This document shows, piece after piece, positions 46,104 through 55,120 of a stretch of 64,000 bases of DNA (positions are counted from its first letter, which is position 1; each line of letters begins with the position of its first letter). A program made the position numbers and the translations under genes. The stretch covers positions 58,260 to 122,259 of the forward strand of contig CALNZS010000005.1 in NCBI GenBank assembly GCA_942491135.1, written 5' to 3'. The notes beneath the pieces are model-generated. The model was not told the DNA's origin. It worked only from the letters and a program-made list of their open reading frames with translations, and ran no database searches. The DNA is from an uncultured Gammaproteobacteria bacterium (GTDB lineage Bacteria; Pseudomonadota; Gammaproteobacteria; Pseudomonadales; Azotimanducaceae).

Positions 46104-48578
46104 ATGACTCGAAAGCGAATTCCGGCTGCCGTCACGGCTGCCGTCACCGCCCTGTCCGCATTCTGGATACACCCCGCGTCCGCCGCCGAAAGATCGGCGA
46201 TCATCGAAGAAGTCATCGTCACCGCACAGAAGCGGGAAGAGGCAGCCCAGGACGTTCCATTACCCATCACCGCGCTGTCACAGGAGCTGCAGCAGGCCAG
46301 CATCCGCAGCCTCACCGACCTGAACGGGTTCGCGCCCAACGTGAACATCGCCCGTGACCCGTCCCGGGCCGGCGGTTCGTCCATCACCATTCGCGGCATC
46401 AGCCCGACCCGCACCGACGACAACTCTTTCGACTCTCCCATCGCGGTGATGATCGACGGCATCTACCTGGGCACCCTGGCCGGCCAGGTTCTGGAGAACT
46501 TCGACCTGGAACGGGTAGAAGTGCTGCGCGGGCCGCAGGGAACGCTGTTCGGCAAGAACACCGTCGGCGGCGTGATCAACGTGATCCGCAGCCGCCCTAC
46601 CGGGGAACTGGGCGCCCGACTGAACCTGACCGTTGGTGAATGGGGCCAGCAGGAGTTTCGCGGCGTCTTCAACACCCCGGTGATCGAGGACAAACTGGCC
46701 GCCAAGTTCTTCTACACCAATCTGCAGGGTGACGGCTACATCGAAAACGAGTTCGCCGGCGGCGACATGCCGGAGAAGGACTATCAGAACTACGGCCTGA
46801 CCCTGCTGGCCAATCCCACCGATTCGTTCGAAGCCCTGTTCACCATCGAGAAGTTCGAAGACGACAGTCAGGGCGGGGCCAACCTCACCAACTTCAACCT
46901 GGCGCCGGGGGTAGTACCACCGCCCACGGATCCGCGGGAACAGGATCTGTCCAACGGGTTCTTGTCCTGCACCCTGTTCGCCAGCATGGCCATTCCCAAC
47001 TGGAACTCCGACGTGCCGTGCCGCACCAGCCTGGACGAACCGTCGAAGATCTCCACCGACCTGAAGAATCCGTCGGAACTGGACACCGACGCCTACACGC
47101 TGACCATGAGTTGGGACGTGTCCGAGGCGCTCCGGCTGGTATCGGTAACCGGCTACCGTGACATGGTCGAGAACCGCCAACTCGATTTCGACGGCAGCTC
47201 CGGTGACTTCATCACCATCGAACGCAGGAACGACTTCGACCAGTTCAGTCAGGAACTGCGTGTGGAAGGGGCCTGGGACAATTTCACGGTGGTCGCCGGC
47301 GGCTACTACTGGGACAGCGAGTTCACCCAGGACTGGGTCACCGGCGGTGAATTCTGGAGCTACATCAACTCGCTGAGCGGCTACGACCTGTCCAACAATA
47401 CCTGGATCTTCGGCGGGGCTCTGGTGCCGCCCGGCGGCGGCGAAGCGCTGGCGCTCGGCATGGGTCTGACCCCGCTGGAAGGCTGTCTGGCGGAGATGTT
47501 CGGCAACGTCCGCTGCGACACCCGCACCCCGGTAACGGGAATGGGCCCGGGACTGATCCAGGAACTGTGGGAAACCCAGCGCACCAAGTCTACGGCGGTG
47601 TTCGCTCAAGCCGACTGGACGTTCGCCGAAGACTGGACCCTGACCGCGGGAATCCGCTACACCACCGAAGAGAAGGATTTCCAGGCCGGACAGGCCTACC
47701 TGGCTCCGGTCGAAAACTCGTTCAGCCGCAACTTTCCGGCCATTGCGGACCTGGACAACGACTGGAACGACACCTCGCCCAAGCTGGGCCTGGCCTATCG
47801 CATGACCCCGGACGTGATGTTCTATGCTTCCTACTCGGAAGGCTTTCACTCCGGCGGGTTCTTCGGCGTCAATCAGAACGTCGCCGACTTCGAGCGCGAC
47901 CAGTACGACCCGGAGTATTCCAAGAACTGGGAGTTGGGCATGAAAAGCCAGCTCTTCGAGGACCGGGTGCAGCTCAACCTGGCGTACTTCTACAACGATT
48001 TCGAGGACAAGCAGGAGCAGTCGATTCAGTTCGACGCGTCCACTAACACGGTTGCCACGGTATTCAGCAACGCCGCGTCCGTGATCTACCAGGGCATCGA
48101 GGTGGAAACGCAGTGGGCGGTCACCAACTATCTGCGCCTGTTCGCATCCTTCGGCTGGCTGGATGCCGAGTACGACGAGTTCGAGACCGACATCAATCCC
48201 AACGACGATGCCATCGGTGGTCCAACCATCGAGGATGCGAGCTTCCTCACGCCGAGGAACGCGCCCGAGTACACCTACGGACTCGGCGGTGACCTGTCGA
48301 TACCGGTGGGCGCTGGCTTCTTCGAAGCCTTCGCCAAGTACGCGTACACCGACGATGTAGAGACCAACCTGCTGAACCTGCAGGTCGGTCACATCGACAG
48401 CCGGGAGGACCTGAGCGCGTCCGTCGGCTACCGCTACCAGAACTTCCAGATCACCGTGTTCGGCCGCAACCTGACCGACGAGGTCATCGAGGTTCCAACC
48501 CTGATTCAGCCCCTGTTCGCGTCCGGCACCATCAGCCCCGGCCGCTCCTGGGGGGTGGAATTGCTGGCGGAGTTCTGA
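46104..48578 (+). CDS. TonB-dependent receptor
   Basis: Signal peptide ending ASA-AER. Plug block EEVIVTAQKREE...DVPLPITALS and RVEVLRGPQGTLFGKNTVGGVINVIRSRP. Terminal Phe. Confidence 0.92.
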   Translation: MTRKRIPAAVTAAVTALSAFWIHPASAAERSAIIEEVIVTAQKREEAAQDVPLPITALSQELQQASIRSLTDLNGFAPNVNIARDPSRAGGSSITIRGISPTRTDDNSFDSPIAVMIDGIYLGTLAGQVLENFDLERVEVLRGPQGTLFGKNTVGGVINVIRSRPTGELGARLNLTVGEWGQQEFRGVFNTPVIEDKLAAKFFYTNLQGDGYIENEFAGGDMPEKDYQNYGLTLLANPTDSFEALFTIEKFEDDSQGGANLTNFNLAPGVVPPPTDPREQDLSNGFLSCTLFASMAIPNWNSDVPCRTSLDEPSKISTDLKNPSELDTDAYTLTMSWDVSEALRLVSVTGYRDMVENRQLDFDGSSGDFITIERRNDFDQFSQELRVEGAWDNFTVVAGGYYWDSEFTQDWVTGGEFWSYINSLSGYDLSNNTWIFGGALVPPGGGEALALGMGLTPLEGCLAEMFGNVRCDTRTPVTGMGPGLIQELWETQRTKSTAVFAQADWTFAEDWTLTAGIRYTTEEKDFQAGQAYLAPVENSFSRNFPAIADLDNDWNDTSPKLGLAYRMTPDVMFYASYSEGFHSGGFFGVNQNVADFERDQYDPEYSKNWELGMKSQLFEDRVQLNLAYFYNDFEDKQEQSIQFDASTNTVATVFSNAASVIYQGIEVETQWAVTNYLRLFASFGWLDAEYDEFETDINPNDDAIGGPTIEDASFLTPRNAPEYTYGLGGDLSIPVGAGFFEAFAKYAYTDDVETNLLNLQVGHIDSREDLSASVGYRYQNFQITVFGRNLTDEVIEVPTLIQPLFASGTISPGRSWGVELLAEF

Positions 48579-48585
48579 CGGCCCG

Positions 48586-49470
48586 ATGAAGTTCGGCATC
48601 AGCCTGTTCCCCACGGACACCTCCGCCGGACCGGCGGAGGTGGCGCTGGAAGCGGAAGCGCGGGGATTCGCCAGCTTCTGGGTTTCCGAGCACTCGCACA
48701 TGCCCCTGACCACCCGGTTCCCGCTGGCGGACACGGTGCCGAGAGAGTATGCCAGCATGCTCGATCCGTTCGTGGCGCTGGCCGCTGCCGCCACCGTCAC
48801 GGCTCGAATTCGGTTGGGAACCGCCATCGTCATTCTGCCCCAGCACGATCCCATCAACTGTGCCAAGGCGATTGCGAGTCTGGATCTCATCTCCGGTGGG
48901 CGTATTCTCTTCGGCATCGGCGCCGGCTGGAACGAGCCCGAACTCGTGAATCATGGCACTGATCCCCGCACCCGCTTCAAACTGATGCGCGAACGGATTG
49001 AAGCCATGCGTGTGCTCTGGACCCGCGAAACGGCCGAGTATCACGGCGAGTTGGTGGACTTCGACCCGGTGTGGCAATGGCCGAAGCCCGTGCAGAAGCC
49101 TCATCCCCCGGTCTTCGTTGCCGGTGCGGGACCGCGGGTCATCAACCGCGTCGCCCGCTACGGTGACGGATGGCTTCCCGTCGTGGTGCCGGAGGCCAGT
49201 GAGATCACGCCCGGGCGCATGACGCCGCTGGCCGAGTTCGAAACTCTGGTTCCCCGGCTCAACGCGCTGGCGGAGGCCGCAGGCCGGCCGCCGCCAAGAC
49301 TCGTTGTGTCCGGCTATCTGGACGAGCAATCGTTCGAGACCTATTCGGCCCTGGGTGTGGAGAGCGTGACCTTCCGCGTACCTTCGTCACCGTTCGATGA
49401 AGTGCGCCGCGCGATGGATGACGTGCAGACCCGAATCGAATCCGTGGGCGGACATCTCGAGCCGACCTGA
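48586..49470 (+). CDS. LLM class (luciferase-like) oxidoreductase, F420-dependent-type subfamily
   Basis: MKFGISLFPTD..., SFWVSEHSHMP, SGGRILFGIGAGWN. Paralog of 13401..14264. Confidence 0.8.
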   Translation: MKFGISLFPTDTSAGPAEVALEAEARGFASFWVSEHSHMPLTTRFPLADTVPREYASMLDPFVALAAAATVTARIRLGTAIVILPQHDPINCAKAIASLDLISGGRILFGIGAGWNEPELVNHGTDPRTRFKLMRERIEAMRVLWTRETAEYHGELVDFDPVWQWPKPVQKPHPPVFVAGAGPRVINRVARYGDGWLPVVVPEASEITPGRMTPLAEFETLVPRLNALAEAAGRPPPRLVVSGYLDEQSFETYSALGVESVTFRVPSSPFDEVRRAMDDVQTRIESVGGHLEPT

Positions 49471-49529
49471 ATCAGCCCTGGCGCGCCGTCCGGACACCTT
49501 GAGCCGATCAACCGAGGACGCCCAGCCAC

Positions 49530-49991
49530 ATGACGACAGAAGCAGTATCCGCACCGTCCGAGGCGGAAATCGAGGCACTGGTCGGGCACCGTTTTCCCGG
49601 CGGCTACTACACCATTGCCCACTGGGAGAACTTTCTCCTGACCGAGTGTACCGGCGCCCCGCCGCTGCCGAACGATCTGGCTCATCCGGTGGCCCTGTTC
49701 CATATGCCGATTCTCGGCTGTGGAACCAGCATCGCCGAGATGTTCGCGCTGGGCCAGGCGGATTCGGATGCATCCATCGGCATCGAGAGCTACGACTGGG
49801 AGATGTTCCAGCCACTGCGCGAGGAGCATCGCTACCGGGTAGATGGCGGGATCACCGAGGCTGGCCGCCGCAACCACGACGGCCGCGTGTTCGACCGGAT
49901 TCAGTTCCGTTTCGATCTGAAAGATGACGCCGGCCAGCCGGCCGCCCGCTGCACCATCACCTGGCACTACAACCGACGGAGGGCGACATGA
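49530..49991 (+). CDS. Hotdog-fold protein, MaoC-dehydratase N-terminal-like (partner of the next gene)
   Basis: 153 aa. ATGA overlap with the downstream MaoC gene. Confidence 0.55.
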   Translation: MTTEAVSAPSEAEIEALVGHRFPGGYYTIAHWENFLLTECTGAPPLPNDLAHPVALFHMPILGCGTSIAEMFALGQADSDASIGIESYDWEMFQPLREEHRYRVDGGITEAGRRNHDGRVFDRIQFRFDLKDDAGQPAARCTITWHYNRRRAT

Positions 49992-50395
49992 AGGTTTCGC
50001 CTGGAGACGACATCCCACCCTGGGACATGCCCAGCGTGCGAGCCGAACGGATGCAGACCATGGCGGCAATCCTGCGCGACCCGAATCCCGTGCACTGGGA
50101 CCGACGGGTGGTGGCCGCCATGGGATTCGGGGAGCACACCATCAACCAGGGGCCGCTGGGCCTCAGCTACATGCTCAACATGCTGCATGAATGGGCCGGC
50201 CACGGCAGCGTTCGCCGGCTGGTCATGCGCTTTCCCATGGTGGTGCTGGACGGCGACCACATCGTCGCCCGCGGCCGGGTCACGGAGATCCGGAAGGAAG
50301 CCGGCCGCACCCTGGCCGATTGTGCCGTGTGGCTCGACCGGGACGGCACCGACCGGCCGCTGGAAGGTGAAGCGACGGTGGTGCTTCCCGACTGA
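49988..50395 (+). CDS. MaoC family dehydratase (R-specific enoyl-CoA hydratase type)
   Basis: 135 aa. Hydratase-motif-like RDPNPVHWD. Confidence 0.7.
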   Translation: MKVSPGDDIPPWDMPSVRAERMQTMAAILRDPNPVHWDRRVVAAMGFGEHTINQGPLGLSYMLNMLHEWAGHGSVRRLVMRFPMVVLDGDHIVARGRVTEIRKEAGRTLADCAVWLDRDGTDRPLEGEATVVLPD

Positions 50396-50416
50396 CCCGG
50401 CGCGGCCGGATGTGCT

Positions 50417-50905
50417 TCAGCGGCAACTCGGATCGTCGGGCGCCCTGGCGCCGCGCAGCGCGTCCGGCTGCTGGCGGAAGAAGTCGTCCGCCGCCGGCTC
50501 GGTTCGCGCCCAGTCGTTGACTTCCGCGCGCGCGGCAATTTTCCACGCACCGTCGCGCTTCTGGTAACGGTCCACATAGCGGCCGGCGATGAACAGGTCT
50601 TCGGGACCGGATGCGCCGCTGATCCGGTGATAGGCCTGAAAGTAGACCTCACCGAAGGCCTGATCGCCGTCCAGGGTGATCAGAATCTGTCCGAGCATGT
50701 GATGGTTGGCGGCATGGTCACCCAGCGCCGCAAAGGCCATGTCGACGAACTCGTCCGGACCGCCTCTGAAGAACCCGTAGTCGGCATCGGCATCGTCGTG
50801 AAAGACGCTGCGCAGCGCCTGCCGGTCGAGCCGGTCGAGACCGCGCATGTAGGTCGCGGACAGGTCTTCGATTTCCTTACGATCCAGCAGTTCCTCAAGC
50901 GTCAT
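50417..50905 (-). CDS. NTF2/SnoaL-like family protein
   Basis: Internal ATG (MTLEELLDRKEIEDLSATYMRGLD...), 162 aa. Confidence 0.75.
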   Translation of the reverse strand: MTLEELLDRKEIEDLSATYMRGLDRLDRQALRSVFHDDADADYGFFRGGPDEFVDMAFAALGDHAANHHMLGQILITLDGDQAFGEVYFQAYHRISGASGPEDLFIAGRYVDRYQKRDGAWKIAARAEVNDWARTEPAADDFFRQQPDALRGARAPDDPSCR

Positions 50906-51002
50906 GGGCCCTCCGCAAAATCCAGCATCAATGACGGAAAGTATGCGGATTCCCTCCGGTCGCGGCCAGCAGCACAGGGACAAGCCGCACCGCTGCCGAC
51001 AA

Positions 51003-51023
51003 AAAACAGTCATAGTTGACGGT
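51003..51023 (-). promoter_or_regulatory. Copy of recurrent motif (candidate operator)
   Basis: Minus strand reads ACCGTCA ACTA TGACTGT TTT, between NTF2 (50905) and Rieske (51072). On the plus strand, TTGACG, 18-nt spacer, TAATCT could be the Rieske promoter. Confidence 0.5.
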
Positions 51024-51071
51024 AATCTCCCGCGCTGTGTAATCTCTCCCCGAGCCCGAGGGGAGTTTCGA

Positions 51072-52493
51072 ATGGCAGTCGATCTGACCCGATCCCGTGA
51101 CGGTGGCCCACCGCCCGGCGCGGCCCGATGTCCCGGGCCGAGCACTCGTGACATCATCCTGCGTGATGGCGACGCCACGCCGCCGGCCTTCACCGCCGAG
51201 TCGTACCAGTTTCTGGGTGATCAGGACATTCCGTTCGCGCGCTACACCAGCGACGCGATCTATCGCGCCGAGATCGAGCACCTGTGGCCGAAGACCTGGC
51301 AGTGGGCGTGCCGCGAGGAACACATCCCCGCCCCGGGTGACTACGTGGTGTACGACGTCGGCCCCTACTCCGCTCTGGTGCTCCGCGACAAGAGCGGCAC
51401 GATCCGGGCGTTCGTGAACTCCTGTCCCCATCGGGGCATGCAGTTCTGCGAGGCCGGGTCTTCAGGGACGGGCAAACAGTTCCTGCGCTGCCCGTTTCAC
51501 GGCATGGCCTGGGAACTCGACGGCGCCCTGCGCGACGTACCCTGCCAGTGGGACTTCCCGCACGTCGACCCGGAAACCTTCGGGCTGGCCGCCATCTCCG
51601 TCGCCACCTGGGGCGGGTTCGTGTTCGTGAACTTCGATCCCCACGCCGGTCCGCTGGACGATTACCTGGGCGTGCTGCCCGAACACTTCGCCCAGTGTGC
51701 CTGGCCCCTGGAGGACCGCTTCGTCAGCCTGCACATGAGCAAGGTCCTGCCAGGCAACTGGAAGATGTGCATGGAGGGCTTCCTGGAGGCCTTCCACGTG
51801 CTGGCGACCCATCCCGAGGGCCTGCGCACCGCGGGCGACGCCAATGCCCAGTACGACGTGTTCGGCGACCATGTGTCCCGCTTCATCCATACCATCGGTT
51901 ACCCGAGCCCGCACCTGCCCAAGCCGCTGGACCAGCGTGAACTGTTCGCGGCCCTGGGCCACGACCCGGCCGACCTGCCGGAAGGCGTCGGCGCGCGCCA
52001 GCGCCACGCCGATCTGATGCGCGAGCGGCTCGGCGCCGAATACGGCGTCGACCTGCAGGGGGTCAGCAACTCCCAGATGCTCGACTCCATCGAGTACTTC
52101 CTGTTTCCCAACGCCTGTTTCTTTCCCGGCATCAACATTCCCCTGGTCTACCGCTTCCGGCCGCTGGATGTGGATCACTGTCTGCACGAAATCCTGCTGC
52201 TGCAGCCGGTACCCGAAGGCCGTCCGCGGCCGGCGCCGGCGCCCGTCATCGAGCTTGGCCTGGACGATTCCTACCAGTCGGTGGATGAATTCGTTGCCAC
52301 CGGGCTCGCCTACGTGCTGGACCAGGACACCGAGAACTTCCGCCGCCAGCGTGCCGGCATCAAGGCCGCGAGCAAACCGGGACAGACCCTGGGCAACTAT
52401 CAGGAGGTGCGCATTCGACACTTCCACCGGACACTCGACGGGTACCTCGACGGGACCCGTTCGGACAAACCCAACGCGATGGAAACCGGTTGA
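51072..52493 (+). CDS. Rieske [2Fe-2S] oxygenase, alpha subunit
   Basis: ATG behind GAGGGGAG (MAVDLTRS...). CPHRGMQF...CPFHGMAW. Confidence 0.9.
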   Translation: MAVDLTRSRDGGPPPGAARCPGPSTRDIILRDGDATPPAFTAESYQFLGDQDIPFARYTSDAIYRAEIEHLWPKTWQWACREEHIPAPGDYVVYDVGPYSALVLRDKSGTIRAFVNSCPHRGMQFCEAGSSGTGKQFLRCPFHGMAWELDGALRDVPCQWDFPHVDPETFGLAAISVATWGGFVFVNFDPHAGPLDDYLGVLPEHFAQCAWPLEDRFVSLHMSKVLPGNWKMCMEGFLEAFHVLATHPEGLRTAGDANAQYDVFGDHVSRFIHTIGYPSPHLPKPLDQRELFAALGHDPADLPEGVGARQRHADLMRERLGAEYGVDLQGVSNSQMLDSIEYFLFPNACFFPGINIPLVYRFRPLDVDHCLHEILLLQPVPEGRPRPAPAPVIELGLDDSYQSVDEFVATGLAYVLDQDTENFRRQRAGIKAASKPGQTLGNYQEVRIRHFHRTLDGYLDGTRSDKPNAMETG

Positions 52494-54019
52494 TGACGAC
52501 ATTCGGGGGCCGGCTGGCCGCAGAGAATCCCGACCAGATCGCCCTGCGCGACGAGCAACAGGCGCTGACCTGGGCAGCCGTGGACGACGCCCTGAACCGG
52601 GTGGCCAACGGTCTGCAGGCCATGGACCTCGGACCGGCCCGGCGCATTGCGGTGTTTGCCGAAAATGCCGTCGAGACGGCGTTGGCAAACCTGGGCGGGC
52701 TCATCGGCGGCGCCAGTGTGGTGCCGGTGAACTTCCATCTGACCGCCGAAGAAGCCGCCTACATTCTTGGCGATTCCGACGCACGGGTGTTGTTCGTCGG
52801 GCCGGAGACCGCCGAGCGCGGGATCGAGGCCGCGCGCCAGAGCGGCGTTGTCACGGTGATCGGCTGGGGCGGCGCGCCGGGCGTGACCCCCTGGAGCGAC
52901 TGGCTGGCGCAGCAGAGCGGCGCGGAGCCGGATGGGACCGTGGCCCCGCGGCCGAACCTGCTCTACACCTCCGGCACCACGGGACGGCCCAAGGGCACGG
53001 AACTGCCGCCGACCATGTTCGCCGGGGGCAGCAGCGTCGCCGAACACCTGGAAAACCTGGCAGCCAATCCCATGGCCGGCTTCGGCACCCACCTGGTGGT
53101 CGGGCCCATGTATCACACCGGCCCGTTGTCCGGGGCCCGGATGCTCGCCGCCGGCGTGCCATCGGTGATCCTGGGGCGCTTCGACGCCCGCAAGACCCTG
53201 GAGGCAATCCATCAATACCGCATCGGCACCAGCGTCATGGTGCCCACCCACTTCGTCCGGCTGCTGGCTCTGCCGGACGAGGTCAAGGCCGGGTTCGACA
53301 TGAGCTCGCTGCAGCGGGTGAGTCACACGGGCGCCAAGTGCCCGCCGGAGGTGAAACGGGCCATGATCGACTGGTGGGGGCCGGTGTTCACCGAGGCCTA
53401 CGGCGCGAGCGAGGTCGGCACCACCTGCATGATCACTTCCGAGGAGTGGCTCGAGCACCCCGGCTCGGTCGGCCGCGCCGTGCCGCCCTTCGAAGCGCTG
53501 GTACTGGACGACGACGGCAGACCGCTGCCGGCCGGCCAGGAAGGACGCCTGTACTTCCGCGACAGTACCGGACGCGGCGTGATCTACCACAACGATCCGG
53601 AGAAGTCGGCGGCGGCGCATATCGAACCCGGCGTATTCACCCTGGGCGAAATCGCCTACATGGACGAAGACGGGTATGTGTTCATCACCGACCGGTTCAG
53701 CGACATGGTGGTGTCCGGCGGGGTCAACCTTTACCCGGCGGAGGCGGAGCAGGTTCTGATCGATCATCCTGACATCGTCGACGTGGCCTGCATCGGCATT
53801 CCGCACCCGGAAATGGGCGAGGAACTGCGGGCGCTGGCCATCCCCCGGAGCGCGGACGATCCACCGTCGGCGGAAGCGGTGCTGGACTGGTGCCGCGCCC
53901 GGCTGTCGCGCTACAAATGCCCGCGGTCCCTGGAATGGGTGGACGATCTCGGCCGCAATACCATGGGCAAGATCAACAAGCGCAAGCTCCGGGCACCGTA
54001 CTGGCAGGACGCGTCCTGA
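52493..54019 (+). CDS. AMP-binding acyl-CoA synthetase
   Basis: The ATG overlaps the preceding stop. LLYTSGTTGRPKG and YGASE motifs, C-terminal GKINKRKLR. Confidence 0.9.
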   Translation: MTTFGGRLAAENPDQIALRDEQQALTWAAVDDALNRVANGLQAMDLGPARRIAVFAENAVETALANLGGLIGGASVVPVNFHLTAEEAAYILGDSDARVLFVGPETAERGIEAARQSGVVTVIGWGGAPGVTPWSDWLAQQSGAEPDGTVAPRPNLLYTSGTTGRPKGTELPPTMFAGGSSVAEHLENLAANPMAGFGTHLVVGPMYHTGPLSGARMLAAGVPSVILGRFDARKTLEAIHQYRIGTSVMVPTHFVRLLALPDEVKAGFDMSSLQRVSHTGAKCPPEVKRAMIDWWGPVFTEAYGASEVGTTCMITSEEWLEHPGSVGRAVPPFEALVLDDDGRPLPAGQEGRLYFRDSTGRGVIYHNDPEKSAAAHIEPGVFTLGEIAYMDEDGYVFITDRFSDMVVSGGVNLYPAEAEQVLIDHPDIVDVACIGIPHPEMGEELRALAIPRSADDPPSAEAVLDWCRARLSRYKCPRSLEWVDDLGRNTMGKINKRKLRAPYWQDAS

Positions 54020-54029
54020 CCCGCCGGAG

Positions 54030-54440
54030 TCAGCCGCGGATCACACCGTGGATCCGCTCTGCGGCGATGCGCAGAATCACCCGCTGCTGATCGGCGAGCC
54101 ACTGCGCCAGATCCTCCGGCTCCTGGTAGCCCGTGTCGGCGATGTTCGCGAACACCAGGCGAGTGCGCCGCGTCAGGTCCTCGCTCTCCACCCGGGCCAG
54201 ACCTTCAATGGCCACGAAGTTGAAGGGTTCCGCGTTGCTGATCACACACAGGTTCACGCGCCCGTCCCGTTCGATGCTGGCGCGCTTGAAGGTTGCGCCC
54301 GGGGTGCTGACCACGAAGTCGTCACCGTCCCTGGCGTAGGCGACCACGGAGCTGACCGGCGCCCCGGACTGGCGCAGCGTGGTCAGCACGGCCCAGCGAT
54401 GGGCGCTCAGAAACGCGTCATGGCGCGGATCGACGTGCAT
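54030..54440 (-). CDS. PPOX class flavin/F420-type oxidoreductase
   Basis: Internal ATG (MHVDPRHDAFLSAHRWAVLTTLRQSGAPVSS...), 136 aa. Confidence 0.7.
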   Translation of the reverse strand: MHVDPRHDAFLSAHRWAVLTTLRQSGAPVSSVVAYARDGDDFVVSTPGATFKRASIERDGRVNLCVISNAEPFNFVAIEGLARVESEDLTRRTRLVFANIADTGYQEPEDLAQWLADQQRVILRIAAERIHGVIRG

Positions 54441-54451
54441 TGCGCCGGCCC

Positions 54452-55042
54452 TCAGCGGACCACGGTGGCTTCCTGACCCCACGGACTGATGGTCGAACCA
54501 TCGGTCCGGAAAGCCTCGGGAAGTTCGTCCACCATGTGATAGGTCGCCGCCAGGCGCCCGAATCCGACGAAGAACGCGCAGACCATGCCCAGTTCGACGA
54601 TCTCGGCTTCCGTGAAGTGCTCGTGCAGCCGCGCGTACATCGCGTCGTCGATGGCCAGGTGGTCGGTGGCCATGAGTTCGCCGTAGGCAATGGCGGTCTT
54701 CTCCGCTTCAGTCAGGTCCGCGGCCTCCTGGGGACGCTCCAGGGAACACACCAGATCCTCGGTCACACCATCGGCAACGGCATCCCGGTAGCGGATCGCC
54801 ATGCAGCTCCGGCACTGATTGAAGAAAGCGATGCGCAGCCGCACCAGCTCCACCAGCCGCTCCGGCAGCGTACGGGACACCTTCAGCGCGCGGCCGAAGG
54901 ACATCAGCCCCAGCGCCAGCTCGGGGCAGTGCGCGAAGTAGCGGCTCAGACCCTGCTCCAGGTCGGTGAGCTGTTCCGGATGAATCGCTTCACGCAGCCG
55001 CGGGTCCCAGTCGTCCGCAGCCACCTTGCTGATTCGGCCCAT
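54452..55042 (-). CDS. Carboxymuconolactone decarboxylase (AhpD-like) family protein, CxxC form
   Basis: 196 aa, RLRIAFFNQCRSCMAIRY. This is the Cys-containing paralog of 15662..16186. Confidence 0.8.
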   Translation of the reverse strand: MGRISKVAADDWDPRLREAIHPEQLTDLEQGLSRYFAHCPELALGLMSFGRALKVSRTLPERLVELVRLRIAFFNQCRSCMAIRYRDAVADGVTEDLVCSLERPQEAADLTEAEKTAIAYGELMATDHLAIDDAMYARLHEHFTEAEIVELGMVCAFFVGFGRLAATYHMVDELPEAFRTDGSTISPWGQEATVVR

Positions 55043-55099
55043 GATTCCTCCCCTCGACGAGTGTTGCGTGCCCCATCCAAACTAGAGAGACGGAGACTT

Positions 55100-55120
55100 A
55101 CCGTCAAGCGTGACGGATTT
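55100..55120 (+). promoter_or_regulatory. Copy of recurrent motif (candidate operator)
   Basis: ACCGTCA AGCG TGACGGA TTT, the most palindromic copy. 58 nt upstream of the start at 55042. Its TCA is the stop codon of 55104..56132. Confidence 0.5.
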
